NCBI GenBank assembly: GCA_950097015.1
Contig: CATNEN010000039.1
Coordinates: 11,222,001-11,286,000, forward strand
Origin: Macrostomum hystrix
Taxonomy: Eukaryota > Animalia > Platyhelminthes
Reading direction: 5' to 3'
DNA length: 64,000 nucleotides
Positions 48,076-60,498 of the stretch are shown here, one piece after another. The position numbers and the translations under genes were made by a program. The notes beneath the pieces were generated by a model. That model did not search any database, was not told where the DNA came from, and worked only from the letters and a program-made list of their open reading frames with translations. Every line of letters begins with the position of its first letter. Position 1 is the stretch's first letter.

Positions 48076-49070
48076 AGAGATGAGACAGGGGAGAGATGAG
48101 ACAGGGGAGAGATGAGACAGGGGAGAGATGAGACAGGGGAGAGATGAGACAGGGGACAGATGAGACAGGGGAGAGATGAGACAGGGGAGAGATGAGACAG
48201 GGGAGAGATGAGACAGGGGAGAGATGAGACAGGGGAGATATGAGACAGCGGAGAGATGAGACAGCGGAGAGATGAGACAGCGGAGAGATGAGACAGGAGA
48301 TAGACGAAACAGGGTAGAGATGAGATACGGGAGAGATGAAACAAGGGTGAGATGAGATACGGGAGAGATGAAACAAGGGTGAGATGAGATACGGGAGAGA
48401 AGAGACAGTAGAGATATGAGACAGGGGAGAGATGAAACAGCGGAGAGATGAGACAGGGGAGAGATGAGACAGGGGAGAGATGAGACAGGGGAGAGATGAA
48501 ACAGCGGAGAGATGAGACAGGGGAGAGATGAAACACAGTGGAGAGATGAGACAGGGGAGAGATGAGACAGGGGAGAGATGAGACAGGGGAAAGATGAGAC
48601 AGGGGAGAGATGAGACAGGGGAGAGATGAAACAGCAGAGAGATGTGACAGGGGAGAGATGAGACAGGGGAGAGATGAGACAGGGGAGATATGAGACAGGG
48701 GAGAGATGAAACAGCGGAGAGATGAGACAGCGGAGAGATGAGACAGGGGAGAGATGAGACAGGAGATAGACGAAACAGGGTAGAGATGACATACGGGAGA
48801 GATGAAACACGGGTGAGATGAGATACGGGAGAGATGAGATTCGGGAGAGATGAGACACAGGAGAGATGAGATACGGGAGAGATGAGACAGTGGAGAGATA
48901 AGACAGGGAGAGATGAGACACGGGAGGGATGTGACATTGAAGAGATGAGATAGGGGAGAAATGAGTCAGGTGGAGATCAGACAGGGGAAAGATGAGGCAC
49001 GCGAGAGATAAGGAAAGATGATGAAGGGGAGGGATGAGACAAGCCCGAGAGATAAGACAAGGGAGAGGTG
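48076..49070. repeat. 16-bp minisatellite (GAGATGAGACAGGGGA)n
   Basis: Visible 16-nt period; same unit family as 38315-39530 and 51212-51800. Confidence 0.95.
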
Positions 49071-49508
49071 GGGCAAATTTAGGCTGTTCGGCTCCTCATT
49101 CCGAGCCAGACCAACCGTGTAACACAGAGATGCAGGAATATTGAGGCTTTAAGATATAACTGGCAGTTCTTAATCCGCTTTAAGCTCGGAACCCATTGCA
49201 GCCGTGAGAAGCCGCAGCCTGAGCACACCCGGCCTTGTCCAGGCGTCAGCGCTGACTCCGTTGCTGCTGAGCGGCAGCTGCCGCGGTCGCGACGTCACCA
49301 AATGCCAACAGAATCGAAGCCAACGCCACAGAGAACAGCAGCCTCGAGGAATCTAGTTTATTCTGAACAATCATGTCCTAACCGAGCTACTGTCAGTAGA
49401 AAATACAAAACGTTAGAAAACAGTTTGACTGACTAGTTAAAAGCAAAAAGATTACGTTTTGTATGTTTTATTTGAGCAGTGCTTGGTGCCGAGAGCAATA
49501 CTGCAGTC

Positions 49509-52500
49509 CTACTCAAAGTCCATCGCCTGCTCGTCGTCCAGCCCGCTGAGCAGTAGGTCCCGCTCGCGCTGACAGGCGGCGACGTACTGTACATAGGCCT
49601 GCTCCGGCACTTTGCCCATGGAGCGCAGTTCAACAGCCAGCCGGTGCCTGGCGTCCGGCGGTTCTGGAAGCAACCGGGGCCGCAGCAGGGCCGGCAGGAA
49701 GGCACCGACGAAGTGAGCTCGGCGCAGCAGGGCCAGCTCGGTGACGAAGGTCGGCACTCGGCCGGAGTCGGCGAACTGGCGAGCCGCTCGCTCCACATCG
49801 GCCAAGGCCTGCTCAGCGGCCGGCGACGCCTCGGTGGCGGCCTCCGAGGGCTGCGGGAATCGTCATGCAGTACCCAAACTGATCCTCTTTGGCGTTACAG
49901 CCCTAACAACCAGCTGCCGAGAATACTTGACACTTCAATCGCATGGTACAGTGTAGGTGCTCACCGCAATGACCCGAACCCTAGCCCTAGCCGCTTGAGC
50001 ATACGGGTCGAACAGCTCGCGAATGGAGAAGTGAGCAGAGGCGGGCGGGTGATTGATCTGGGCCAGCAGCGCCTGGGCTGACGTGTCGAACTCAAGGCTG
50101 GCAAAGTACACGCTTAGCAGCAAGCCGAGGGACTTCTTTGATCTGGATAAAAAATTCAATTTGTTGATCTGCAACTGCTGCGACTGTTCCATTGTCGACT
50201 GCAATACAGGGATTTAGGAAACTTTTCCCAATAATATGAGGATATGGGAGAATGTTCCCAATAATTTGATGACCTGGGAGAATGTTCTAAATAATCTGAG
50301 GATCTGGGAGAAAGTGCTCAATAATCTGAGGCTCTGGGAGAATGTGCTCAATAATCTGAGGCTCTGGGAGAATGTGCTCAATAATCTGAGGCTCTGGGAG
50401 AATGTGCTCAATAATCTGAGGCTCTGGGAGAATGTGCTCAATAATCTGAGGATCTGGGAGAAAGTGCTCAATAATCTGAGGCTCTGGGAGAATGTGCTCA
50501 ATAATCTGAGGGTCTGGGAGAAAGTGCTCAATAATCTGAGGCTCTGGGAGAATGTTCTCAATAATCCGAGGATCTGGGAGAATGTTCCCAATAATTTAAA
50601 GATCTGGGAGAATGTGCTCAATAATGTATGGGAGAATGTTCCCTATTATCTGAGGATCTGGGAGAATGTGCTCAATAATCTGAGGATCTGGAAGAATGTT
50701 CTCTATAATCTTGTACTCCGGTAGAATGTCCACGTGTCTGCGGCGCCCATATTGTCAGGGGACTTCTCACCTAATGGGGCAGACATCGCGGCTAAACTGC
50801 CTGCTCAGCCAGTCGCCGTAGCCGCTTAGTTGAAGACGCCGGCAGTTGAGATCTGCTGAACAGGCCGCCGTCTGCCTGGCCAGCGCGATGGCTCCAAACA
50901 GACGGGCCTGGCTGTGCCTCTCGAAGGCCGACTGCAGCAGTTGGCAGGTTTGGTCTGCGGGCCAAAAATGGGCTTCGGCCATAGACTAAATATCCAACTC
51001 AGGCACCAAGGCCTATGGGCTTGAATCTGAACTGAACTCACTTTTGATGAAGTCTCGAAACCACTGGAAGGCGGTGAGGCCGGCAGAAACCAGCTGCAGG
51101 CTGATCTTGTTGACTCCAGCCGCGTTTTCCAGCTCCGCCGATGGCAGAGCCTCAGTCAGGGCCTGCTGGATGTCGTCTGGGTGCACCACTGCCAAAATCT
51201 GCGGGATATTCACAGGGGAGAGATGAGACACAGGAGAGATGAGACGCGGGAGAGATGAGACAGGGGAGAGATGAGAGTCGAGACACGGGAGAGATGAGAC
51301 ACGGGAGAGATGAGACAGATGAGATATGAGACAGTGAAGAGATGAGACAGTTGAGAGATGAGATACGGGAGAGATGAGACAAGGGTGAGATGAGACAAGG
51401 GAGAGATGAGACAGAGGAGATATGAGACAGTGAAGAGATGAGACAGTTGAGAGATGAGATACGGGAGAGATGAGACAAGGGTGAGATGAGACAAGGGAGA
51501 GATGAGACAAGGGAGAGATGAGACAAGGGAGAGATGAGACACGGGAGAGATGAGAAACGGGAGAGATAAGACACGGGAGAGATGAGACACGGGAGAGATG
51601 AAACACGGGTGAGTTGAGACAAGGGAGAGATGAGACAAGGGGGAGATGAGATTCAGGAGAGATGAGACAGTGGAAAGATGAGACAGTGGAGAGATGAAAC
51701 ACGGGGGAGATGAGACAGTGGAGAGATGAGATACGGGAGCGATGAGACACGGGTGAGATGAGACAAGGGAGAGATGAGACAGTGGAGAGATGGGACACGC
51801 GGATGAAGGATTATGAGAGAAGGATTACTAGCAGTTGAAGAACCGGAAACTGCACATTTTAGGTGCGATTTACCGAAAAAATATACTACGGAGATTTTAT
51901 ATTTCTGCACTAATTTAGTGACTGTGTTTCACTGGAGGCGAATCAAAGCCAAATCTATGATATTACTTGTAGTTTCCTTATTTATAGCTTCATAGATTTA
52001 TTTCAGACAAACATTGATTTCATATTTAGCTATTTCCTTTGCATGAAATTCCTGAGCCTAAAAATGTTTTAAGCTCCTGAAATAAAAAGCCACTCGAAAA
52101 CTTATTTTTCGTTTTCTCCATTGCCTGATCAGTCCATGGACAGGATAAACGCCAACCCCACCCTCAATTACACACAGCTAATGCTGGTAACCATTTAACA
52201 GGGTGAACTAAAGTAATCCATTGTTAAGCGTCTTGCTAAGGAACACAAATTGTTCCAGTGGAACCCCCGACCTTCAAGTCGTGAGTCTGACGCTCTAACC
52301 ACTAGGCTACAACCTCCCATTCAAAATTGATTTGATTGGACTGTATTTTTGGCAAAAACCGGCCGTCTCAACTCTTTCTAAGAAACGTAGCGGAGGCGGC
52401 AAGGAGGCACCAGGCAGCTCACCAGGCCATTGACTTGTCGCCAAATAGGATTCATTTTGCCGTAACTCCAGTTGTCAATATGGGCAAAGACACGGTAGCA

Positions 52501-53320
52501 AGCTCTGTCACTGCCTGGGCCAGTGGCCTCGTCGCTGTGGACACTTTCTTTGCCAGCCGTCAAGTAGCCAATCAGGGCGCTGCTTAGGCAGACGCGGCTA
52601 GTTGCCATAGCAACTGGCAGAGCGCCCAGGTAGGTGAACAGTCGAACCAGCGAGTGACCACCCGAATGTACGCTGGCTAGGGCAGCCCGCGTGACTTCTG
52701 AAAAGCACCAGAAAAAGAAGCATTTGGGTCATACTCTGACTGCCTAGCAACAACTATTTGCGAGTTGAGCTATTGAATCTGTAATCTGCGTACTGCTGTT
52801 CAGTCCATGGACTGGTGGGACCAAAGCTGATTACATGTTGGTACCTATTTAACAGCGGGTGAACTGAATAAATGTACTGTTAAGGACACAAATTGTACCA
52901 GTGAAGTCGGGAATCGAACCCCTGGCCTTCAATTTGGGAGTCCGATGCTCTAACCACATACGAGTACATAGGTGTACATCTGCCTTGGCTGTCTTATTGT
53001 AAACGTGATTTTTTAAAGCTGCATCCTAAATACAATTGCCCTTGCCGCGGATTCGAACTCAGGAACTTCGTGCAAGAGCTGGACACGCCACAGAACCCCT
53101 TCCAAATTTTAAGCAATTTACACCCCAGCTTACACTTAGAGTGCATTTATAGTGCACTTAGTAGGCCACATACCTCTGGTAGCATCCATCAGGCACTGAC
53201 TGGCGGATCTCTGGCGCTGCTCCAGCGTCTCCATGACAACCCGAACAGCCGGGCTGTTGACCAGCTGCGAGTCCAGGTGTGCGAGCGCGCCCGCAGCCTC
53301 CGCTAGACTCATCAGCGCTT
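49509..53320 (-). CDS. FANCA: Fanconi anemia group A (FANCA) homolog, N-terminal-domain region; 5' exons uncertain
   Basis: Exons about 53320-53175, 52699-~52390, 51198-51042, ~50990-50771, 50142-49965, 49850-49509. SAFE...AIALARQ...YGDWL; SKKSLGLL...LLAQINHPP...YAQAARAR; DVERAARQFADSGRVPTFVTELALLRRAHFVGAFLPALLRPRLLPEPPDAR...GKVPEQAYVQY..AC match in order the human FANCA segments I recall (YADWF; SKKALVFL..HILHPP; DVEKAI..F..TG.IP..FRRPYYVSHFLPALL.PR.LP..PD.R..KIP). Confidence 0.85.
50230..50712. repeat. 30-bp minisatellite, about 16 units (FANCA intron)
   Basis: CTGGGAGAATGTGCTCAATAATCTGAGGCT repeated. Confidence 0.95.
51212..51800. repeat. 16-bp minisatellite (GAGATGAGACANGGGA)n (FANCA intron)
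   Basis: Same unit family as 48076-49070. Confidence 0.95.
52128..52317 (-). mobile_element. tRNA-derived SINE family B copy
   Basis: Minus strand GGAGGTTGTAGCCTAGTGGTTAGAGCGTCAGACTCACGACTTGAAGGTC... followed by the core and CCATGGACTGA. Confidence 0.85.
52783..52957 (-). mobile_element. tRNA-derived SINE family B copy, diverged
   Basis: Minus strand TGGTTAGAGCATCGGACTCCCAAATTGAAGGCCAGGGGTTCGATTCCCGAC...GTTCACCCGCTGTTAAATAGGTACC. Confidence 0.8.
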
Positions 53321-53475
53321 CTGTGAGGATAAAGTTTCCGAGAAGTAGAAAAACCATGGGGGTATTTCAAATACCCGCTGCCTACTTCACAATAGCTCCC
53401 AAACCGAATGACCGATTTTCGTGAAAGTCCGCCATATGGATCAAAAGTTTCAGCACTTTACAATCAACTCACTTA

Positions 53476-53775
53476 GGGGGAGGTCGGTGGGCAGAGCGGT
53501 TAAAGCGTTTGCCTCTAGCACCAAGGTCCCTGAGCTCGATTCCGCGTCGAGGCCACATTTATTTGGCGCGGAGAGAAGGCTTAGGGGGCTGAGGTTGCAA
53601 TTTACGCCCCCAAAAAAATGTACACTGCCTGACGATCAGAAAGTCATGGTGTGTGCCTGTGTGAGTGCTCAGGAGTCAGCAAAATGGGCAGAATTGCCTC
53701 CTCGCTGGCTGCAGGTCTAGTGGCACCAAATGATTTGCTATTTCCCGCAGCCCTCCTGCAATTGTTATTATTATT
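53476..53775 (+). mobile_element. SINE family A, full-length copy with (ATT)n tail
   Basis: GGGGGAGGTCGGTGGGCAGAGCGGTTAAAGCG...GAGCTCGATTCC; complete 3' stem module 53670-53758; near-TSD aactcactt/aactaactt. Confidence 0.88.
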
Positions 53776-53980
53776 AACTAACTTTCAAAGCCGTCCGACG
53801 TCAGCATCGTCGACATTTTCAACGAATCTTGTCGAAGACCTTGATGACAAAGACAACTAATGTCTAAACCTCTATGGGGAATCCATATTTGTTCAGTAAT
53901 ATGAAAATTAACAATAAAACCAAAACAAAATAATCAGCAACAATAGCCCACACGATTTCCTGTGAATTTTTTGGGCACAA

Positions 53981-54279
53981 CAGAGGTTGTAGCCTAGTGG
54001 TTAGGGCGTCGGACTCACGACTTGAAGGTCAGGGGTTCGATTCCCGACTCCACTGGAACAATTTGCGTCCTTTAGCAAGACACTTAACTCTGCATTGCTT
54101 CAGTTCACCCAGCTGTTAAATGGGTACTAGCATTAGCTGGGATAATTGAAGGTGGGTGTGGCGTCCCCCCAGTCCATAGACTGAACAGCTGTACGCAGCC
54201 TTCAGATGCGCCGCGCATTAGCTGCGGCTGTGCTGTCGGCTGCACATCTGACCCAATTGGGGCAGGTGTAATCAATTAA
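53981..54279 (+). mobile_element. SINE family B, full-length copy (tRNA head + conserved central core, Deu/Nin-like)
   Basis: A box TAGCCTAGTGG, B box GGTTCGATTCC, core GTCCTTTAGCAAGACACTTAAC...CACCCAGCTGTTAAATGGGTAC, 3' hairpin; 10-bp TSD TTGGGCACAA at 53971-53980 and 54280-54289. Confidence 0.9.
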
Positions 54280-54914
54280 TTGGGCACAAAAATTGTGCTA
54301 TATTTCTGGTTTTTTGCCTACAGAAACCCGGACAAGAATCGTTGAATATCTCGACGATGCCGATGTATTGTGAATCTGGATGTTGTTTCATCGGGTAGAG
54401 AGGAAGATTTTAGCCCGTATTTCTCGATTTTCATAGCGATTGGTTGACTATTTGGAGGATGGAAATAAGAAACTTTACTTTTAAAAACATATATAATGTG
54501 TTAAACAATGACGTTCGAAATTCTACCATGGTAAAGCTCAACATAGCTTTCCTCCGAGGAAATCAGATAAACAGTCAAACACAATCACAGAAAGTATTGC
54601 TTTAACTGACTGAGAACGTATTAAAAGTAGTTTATAATATTATTTTAGAGTATGTCTAGCTGAAACATTATTTTCAGTAAAATCAACGGATATTTCAACA
54701 ACACACCAGAAAGTCTCGCACTGCTGTTCTCCTCCGAACCCGGCTGCGGCCTCAGAAGTGACAGAAGCTGCTGCGAGTCGGTCAGGCCAACTGTCGGGTT
54801 CATTTTATTCGATTCTAGTCAGAGTTCTGGAGAGCTGGAAAACAGGACGGGCAAAGATACTCGCATCTGGCTTTTATCAGCGCGATCGTAGGAAACTAGA
54901 ATTAGAAGCCAAAC

Positions 54915-55180
54915 GGAGAGGTCTAACGCGTTTGCCTCTCGCACCAAGGTCCCTGAGCTCGATTCCGCTTGCGAAGTCACATTCATTTGGGGCGCAGCCG
55001 CGGAGTGAAGTGTGGAATTGTCATGCAATTTGCGCCCCTTGAGGGCCAACTTCTAAGGCACACTGCCTGACGGTGAGAAAGCCAGGACCGATGTACACAC
55101 CTGTGTGAGTTTATGCTCAGTAGTCAGCGGAATGGACAGAATTGCCTCCTCGCTGGCTGCGGGTCTACTGTCTCAAAATG
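54915..55180 (+). mobile_element. SINE family A copy
   Basis: ggtctaacgcgtttgcctctcgcaccaaggtccctgagctcgattccgc...gtcagcggaatggacagaattgcctcctcgctggctgcggg. Confidence 0.88.
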
Positions 55181-56424
55181 GAGTTAGAGCACACAGACCT
55201 TTTGTAATTATCATTATTACTGCTATTATTGTGAATCCACGGACCTGAAGAACATAAAAACTATGGGGAAGGTTGTCTTCAAGGGCAGAGAAACAGAAGA
55301 GCGAGCCCGAAGAGAATACGCTCGTACAAGCGGCTGATTGTCCTAAACAACAGATAAAGAACACGTGAGCGTTTAGTCATATTGAAAGACAGGTGAGCGG
55401 GCAGCCATATTGAAGCACAGGTGAGCAGTCAGTCATATTGAAGGGCAGGTGAGTGCATGGGCAGTCATTCTGAAGGGCAGGTGAGCGGGCAGCCATATTC
55501 AAGGATAACTGAGTAGTCAGCCATCCTGATGGCAGTGGGGAAATAATAATGAATGTGCAGCTATAGCCCTGAATAGGCCCGAATCCAAGTTTCGAGCTAT
55601 ACATATAAGCAGTGCTAAATAGGCATCAAATACCAGATAAACAGGAACTGGAAGCGCTATAGCACACGAACTGGCGAAGCAAGCACTGATAATATCTAGA
55701 GCTACATTTATTACGAGTACAATCTAAACGCATCAAAAACAAGGCCCTGAGGAAAGACAAGCCTTTGATAAGAAAAGTATGAGCATAGAGGGGACTAGAT
55801 CTGATCTACGTGTAGAAGACCCCCGAGAAAACTTGTAATCTGTTAATCCGACGAGCGCGGCACCGCCTGCTGGTAATATGATGTTGAACGGGAGTAGATA
55901 AGCCTACAGTAGGTCTTCTGCGAGTCTTGTTCTGCCCCTGATGTTGATGCTTATCCATAATCCCTGTCTGTCCCCTCCTTCAACATCCGTTTGTGTGCCA
56001 TGCTTATTTTACAAGACAGGAGAGAAGCCTCGCTTGTGAGCTGATGCAGATGCGGCCAACGTGCAGATGCTGCACGTTCTGTGTCTTGTTCCTTCGAACG
56101 ACAGCCTCGCTTCTCTTTTAGTCCGTCTTTGAGTTCGGCGTGGCGGAACTGATGAGCAAAGGCACAGAGATAAAAAAAGTGAACGGAGGAATGGAATGGA
56201 CTAGCGCTAATAAACGAGTCTGAGCAGTATAAGTGGAAATGTTGGCTGCCACAACGCGATCTACTGTGATAAACTCAAGATTTTTTGCGCAATATTCGAA
56301 GCCGATATTCAAATTCAAATAATTAAGTGAGAAGTCTGCTTTTGCGTACATCTGTTGAGTCCATGGACTGGAGAGCTACTACAAATACCCACCCCTACCG
56401 AACTGAAAAAAGAGGAATAAAGTG

Positions 56425-56610
56425 CATTCCGCTGACTCCTGAGCACACACGCACACGGATACCGTACGCCCCTCAAGGGCGTAAATTGCTTGATAAGCCC
56501 TTAAGCCTTCTCTCAAAAGCCTGCGCCCTAAAAGTGGCCTCGCCGCGAAATCGAGCTCGGGGACCTTGGTGCGAGACGAACGCGTTAACCGCTTTTCGAC
56601 TTACCCCTGA
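56425..56610 (-). mobile_element. SINE family A copy, internally deleted
   Basis: Reverse complement of gcggttaacgcgttcgtctcgcaccaaggtccccgagctcgattt...gtgctcaggagtcagcggaatg. Confidence 0.82.
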
Positions 56611-58986
56611 CCTCTAAGTTAGAAGTCTTATGAAGCTTTAACTATTCGGCTTGAATAAAATCCAGCTGTAGGTAAAATTGCAACACTCAAGACAGTCTAT
56701 TGCATCCTGCAAAATCAGGAATACATGTGTACGACCTACACAGCCACCTGTTGCCTAAAATCCTTCTAGTTGGGCTATTTTATGGGGATAAATATATACC
56801 GACAGAGGCGGGATAACAATTATAACAATCACCGACATGAGAATAATTCTTTTTTGAAGCTGGCCATCAAAGAGAGGAAAAGAGCCTAATAAGCCAGCAA
56901 TCGAATGGGATCATTAACTGTCTAATCGATCGAATGCGTTCAGCATTAAAACAGCTCCTGAAAACACTGGGACTATTTTCTAGTTTCATAGGCTCAATCT
57001 CTAGGCTCAAGATGTGTTAAATTGTGTCGAAACTGCATGACAGAAAAATAATGGGAACACAGAAAGATATAAATATCAATTGAGTCCAGATTTTTGTTTT
57101 ATTAATCAATACAGCCTACTTAACAGACAAGTCTTTAAAATCTCGACAACACTTACACGGGTTCTGCTGAGTGTTTATACTCGTATCCTTGCCTTCTATC
57201 CAATGTGCATAATAAAATGGTAAATTATGACAGGCTTTGCATTGAATTTCGCTGATAAATCATGGGAACACAATCGGTGTTAAAGACAGCATGCTTCTAT
57301 TGTACGAGTGTATGCGACTAATACTTCAGACAAAAACCTATCTGGTTGCAACAAACTACTCTACCTTCGCGTCCAACACATTTTTGGTTCATCGATCGTC
57401 TGCAGCTCCCTCTAGTTTATCGATCGTTTTTAACCCCACATCTATAAACTATCGATCCTCTGAAACCCAACCTCAAGTTTATCGATAGTCTGCAACCCCT
57501 CATCAGTTTATCGATTTTTAACCCTCAACCTCCAAATTATCGATCGCCTGCAACCCCATTCTTGTGTTTATCGATCGTCTGCACCCCCTAAAAAAGCTAA
57601 TCTTCGCTTTCTACAGGCTTCAGGAAAATGTTCTAATAACTTTATAACTATAAAATCTAACAAAATAGAAGACAGTAAAATGAGCTGCTGATAGAGTTTC
57701 ATTTTCTCAGAAATGTTTTATCGTGCAAGTTGATGTTCGCGACGCGCTCTGGTTAGGCTATGGCAGGATTTCGTGGCACGAAAACTTTCACACGGTCAAT
57801 GCAAGTGGAGCATTAACAACACTTGGTACAACAAGTAACAGAAAGATGTTTCTACAAGCTAATTTGCTATATTGAAGAGGCGCGATAAGTACTAGAAACT
57901 TGTGTACTTTTTCGAAGCTTGCTAAAGCCATATATCAAAAGCAACACACACAATGACAAAATTATTCGCAGTTAGCTTTGCGTAAACAGAGGTACGTTAA
58001 ACAGAAAACACCCTAGCGTTTTTAAGCTCAAAATTCTATTTTAAAATTGAATAGACCATTCAAAAAGTTCAATACGAGAGTGAGTCCATACTGACACTGA
58101 CAACTCTCTTGAGACTTTCACCTGTGCCGAAAACAGCAAATCAAAACTTAAAAGGCTAAAATGAAAACAAGCGAGCAAATCATATAGCCACTGATGGAAA
58201 AAAATCACTCAGAAAAAAACATAATGACAGGTTGAACCAAAACAAAAAGGTGAAAAAATGAAGTGAAGAAAGAAGAGCTGCATTATTGTGCTTAAGATCT
58301 GCTATGCTACATGTAGCCTGAATAAAAGCCAAAATCTAACAATAAGACAAATACAACACAAGTCATCTAACCACAATAACTATCTGCCTTTCGTCAAAGC
58401 GATAAATGCTGGTCATTCTAGGACGACAGCACACATCGTTTAAGGAAGAATTAAGCATTGGGAACACAAAACTCGACTATCTAGATAACAATTCCAGGTT
58501 GGATTCTCATACTAAACCCGGAAAATAGCTAATATAATGGTTACTACAGTCTAAAATCAAACCATAGAAGCTAATATGATCACTCGGAAAGTGTTAAATT
58601 AAAATATGACTTATGTATAGCAGAACGAAAACTCGTGATCGTCTCCTTATGGGATCAGGAAAAACCATACGTTTTTTATAAAGAGACACTGGCTACAAGA
58701 ACATTGTGAAGATGCATATTATCTAGGAATCTAGAGGCCAAGTTTAACAACTAAGGGAAATTTCGAATGGCTGGAAACTAACACCTAAGCCAGTTGGTGT
58801 ATAGCTCTGACCACTAGGGTACAGGTTTTCCTGTACTAAGCTTTGTAACTAGCTACCCACTGTAAAACTGCTACTCGGCTTATTGACTAACGCCTAATCC
58901 CATGGCTATTGACGACACTGAGGAGCTTCGGTCTGGCAAAGAGCCTTTGCGTAAATCGCTGTTCACTTGTTGCGACATCAGCTAGC

Positions 58987-60498
58987 CTAGGCCTCCTTGC
59001 TGATGTCTTCAGACTTGGCAGCCTCCGCAGCTGGCTGGTCCTGGCTGCCGCTGTCCTGCATCTGCACCAGAAACAGCTTCTGCACCAGGCAGGTGAGCTC
59101 CTGCGTCCAGCGCTGCAGCGACTTTGGCTTTTTAGTCCAGGCAACGCCGATCATGTAGACTGGCACAGCGGTGAGGATGATGATCACTCCCATGGCGCAC
59201 TCCCAGAAGGCTCCAACGAAGGCGTTGGCGCACAGCAGCACTGTGAACACCGTGTAGATAATGGGAAACAAGATCGGCACGCGTACCGGGCGCGGATCGT
59301 TCGGCCGTTTAACGCGAAGGTAGAGCACAATGGACACTGATAGACCGATTGCCAGCCAGTTCACGAAGCCCATGTAGTTCACCAGGACGTAGATGTCGTC
59401 AATCGTCAAGTAGACTAAAGAAATTAGGCCAACTAATAGCACGGCGGGCAGAGGGGTCAGCAGGCGCTGCTGGATCATGCACAGGAAGGTGGGCATCTGG
59501 CCCTCTTCGGCCGCCACGAAGAATATCCGGGACGTGGTCAGCAGAACTCCGTTGACGCCGCCAAACGTGGACAGTGACACAAAGATGGGCATTATGGCAG
59601 CTAGGAATCCGGAGATCTTCTTAGCGAACAGGATGGCAACGGCTGGCGTGGTGACAAACTCGGCTACGGGCACCGTGGTGAAGTAGGCCGCGTTGGCCAG
59701 CACGTACACAACAGTGACCAGGGCGCACGAGATGAAGATGGCCAGTGGCAGGTCGCGCTGTGGATTCTTCATCTCGCCTGTGACGCAGTTCAAGTAGTTC
59801 CAGCCATTGTAAGCGAAGAGGCCCGAGTAGAAGGCGCGCACCAGGTTTCCGACGCCCCACACCGAGTCGGCGAACGGCTGCTCGAAGAATTCAACCCTGC
59901 CGCGACCAACCTGAACGCAGCCAGCCGCGATGATGATAATCAGGGCGAGGGTCTTGCCCCAGGTGCAGATGTCCTGAATCCAGGTGGAGGCGCGGATGCT
60001 CCAGCAGTTGGCGGCTGTCAGTATTGTCAGGCACAAGGCGGCCAGCAGCTTCTCGGTAATGATTGGGGCCTGGCAGCCCGTGAAAATCGGCTCCAAGACG
60101 TACTTGGCGAAGGTTAGAGCAATGATAGTCTGCGAGCAGGGGCGCATGACCAGGATCTCACACCACATGCGCAGGAAGGCCATGAAAGGGCCGAACGCCA
60201 CCAAGACGTAGGCGTAGTCAGCGCCGGAGCGCTGGATCATGGTGCCCAGCTCCGCGTAGCTGTATGCGCCGAAGAAGCTGTAGACACCGCACAGGACCCA
60301 TACTAGCAGAGAGGCGCCAATGCTATTCACCTCCTTGAAGATTCCGGTCGGACTGACAAAGATGCCGGATCCGATTATGGAGCCAACAATGATGCTGACA
60401 CCGTTCATGAGAGTGATTTTCTTCTGCAACTGCACCGGCGAGGCAGCCGTGTCACCCGGCTCCGCTTGATCCCCAGTCTTTTTCTTGCACAGAGGCAT
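58987..60498 (-). CDS. SLC7 L-type amino acid transporter light chain (LAT/y+LAT family), intronless, 503 aa
   Basis: LQKKITLMNGVSIIVGSIIGSGIFVSPTG, YAELGT, FGPFMAFL, Cys for the heavy-chain disulfide (FTGC), GLFAYNGWNYLN..EMKNPQRDLP, STFGGVNG, 12 TM segments. Confidence 0.96.
   Translation of the reverse strand: MPLCKKKTGDQAEPGDTAASPVQLQKKITLMNGVSIIVGSIIGSGIFVSPTGIFKEVNSIGASLLVWVLCGVYSFFGAYSYAELGTMIQRSGADYAYVLVAFGPFMAFLRMWCEILVMRPCSQTIIALTFAKYVLEPIFTGCQAPIITEKLLAALCLTILTAANCWSIRASTWIQDICTWGKTLALIIIIAAGCVQVGRGRVEFFEQPFADSVWGVGNLVRAFYSGLFAYNGWNYLNCVTGEMKNPQRDLPLAIFISCALVTVVYVLANAAYFTTVPVAEFVTTPAVAILFAKKISGFLAAIMPIFVSLSTFGGVNGVLLTTSRIFFVAAEEGQMPTFLCMIQQRLLTPLPAVLLVGLISLVYLTIDDIYVLVNYMGFVNWLAIGLSVSIVLYLRVKRPNDPRPVRVPILFPIIYTVFTVLLCANAFVGAFWECAMGVIIILTAVPVYMIGVAWTKKPKSLQRWTQELTCLVQKLFLVQMQDSGSQDQPAAEAAKSEDISKEA

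Noticed and set aside
53983-54055. Possible tRNA gene (CAC anticodon)
   Set aside because: Acceptor and anticodon stems are imperfect, and it continues into a SINE core with a TSD; it is a SINE head.
55144-55157. GCCTCCTCGCTGGC in SINE A, identical to the genomic HDV ribozyme P3/L3
   Set aside because: No matching P1, P1.1 GG or P2/J4-2 could be placed; these bases are explained by the LINE-like 3' stem module.
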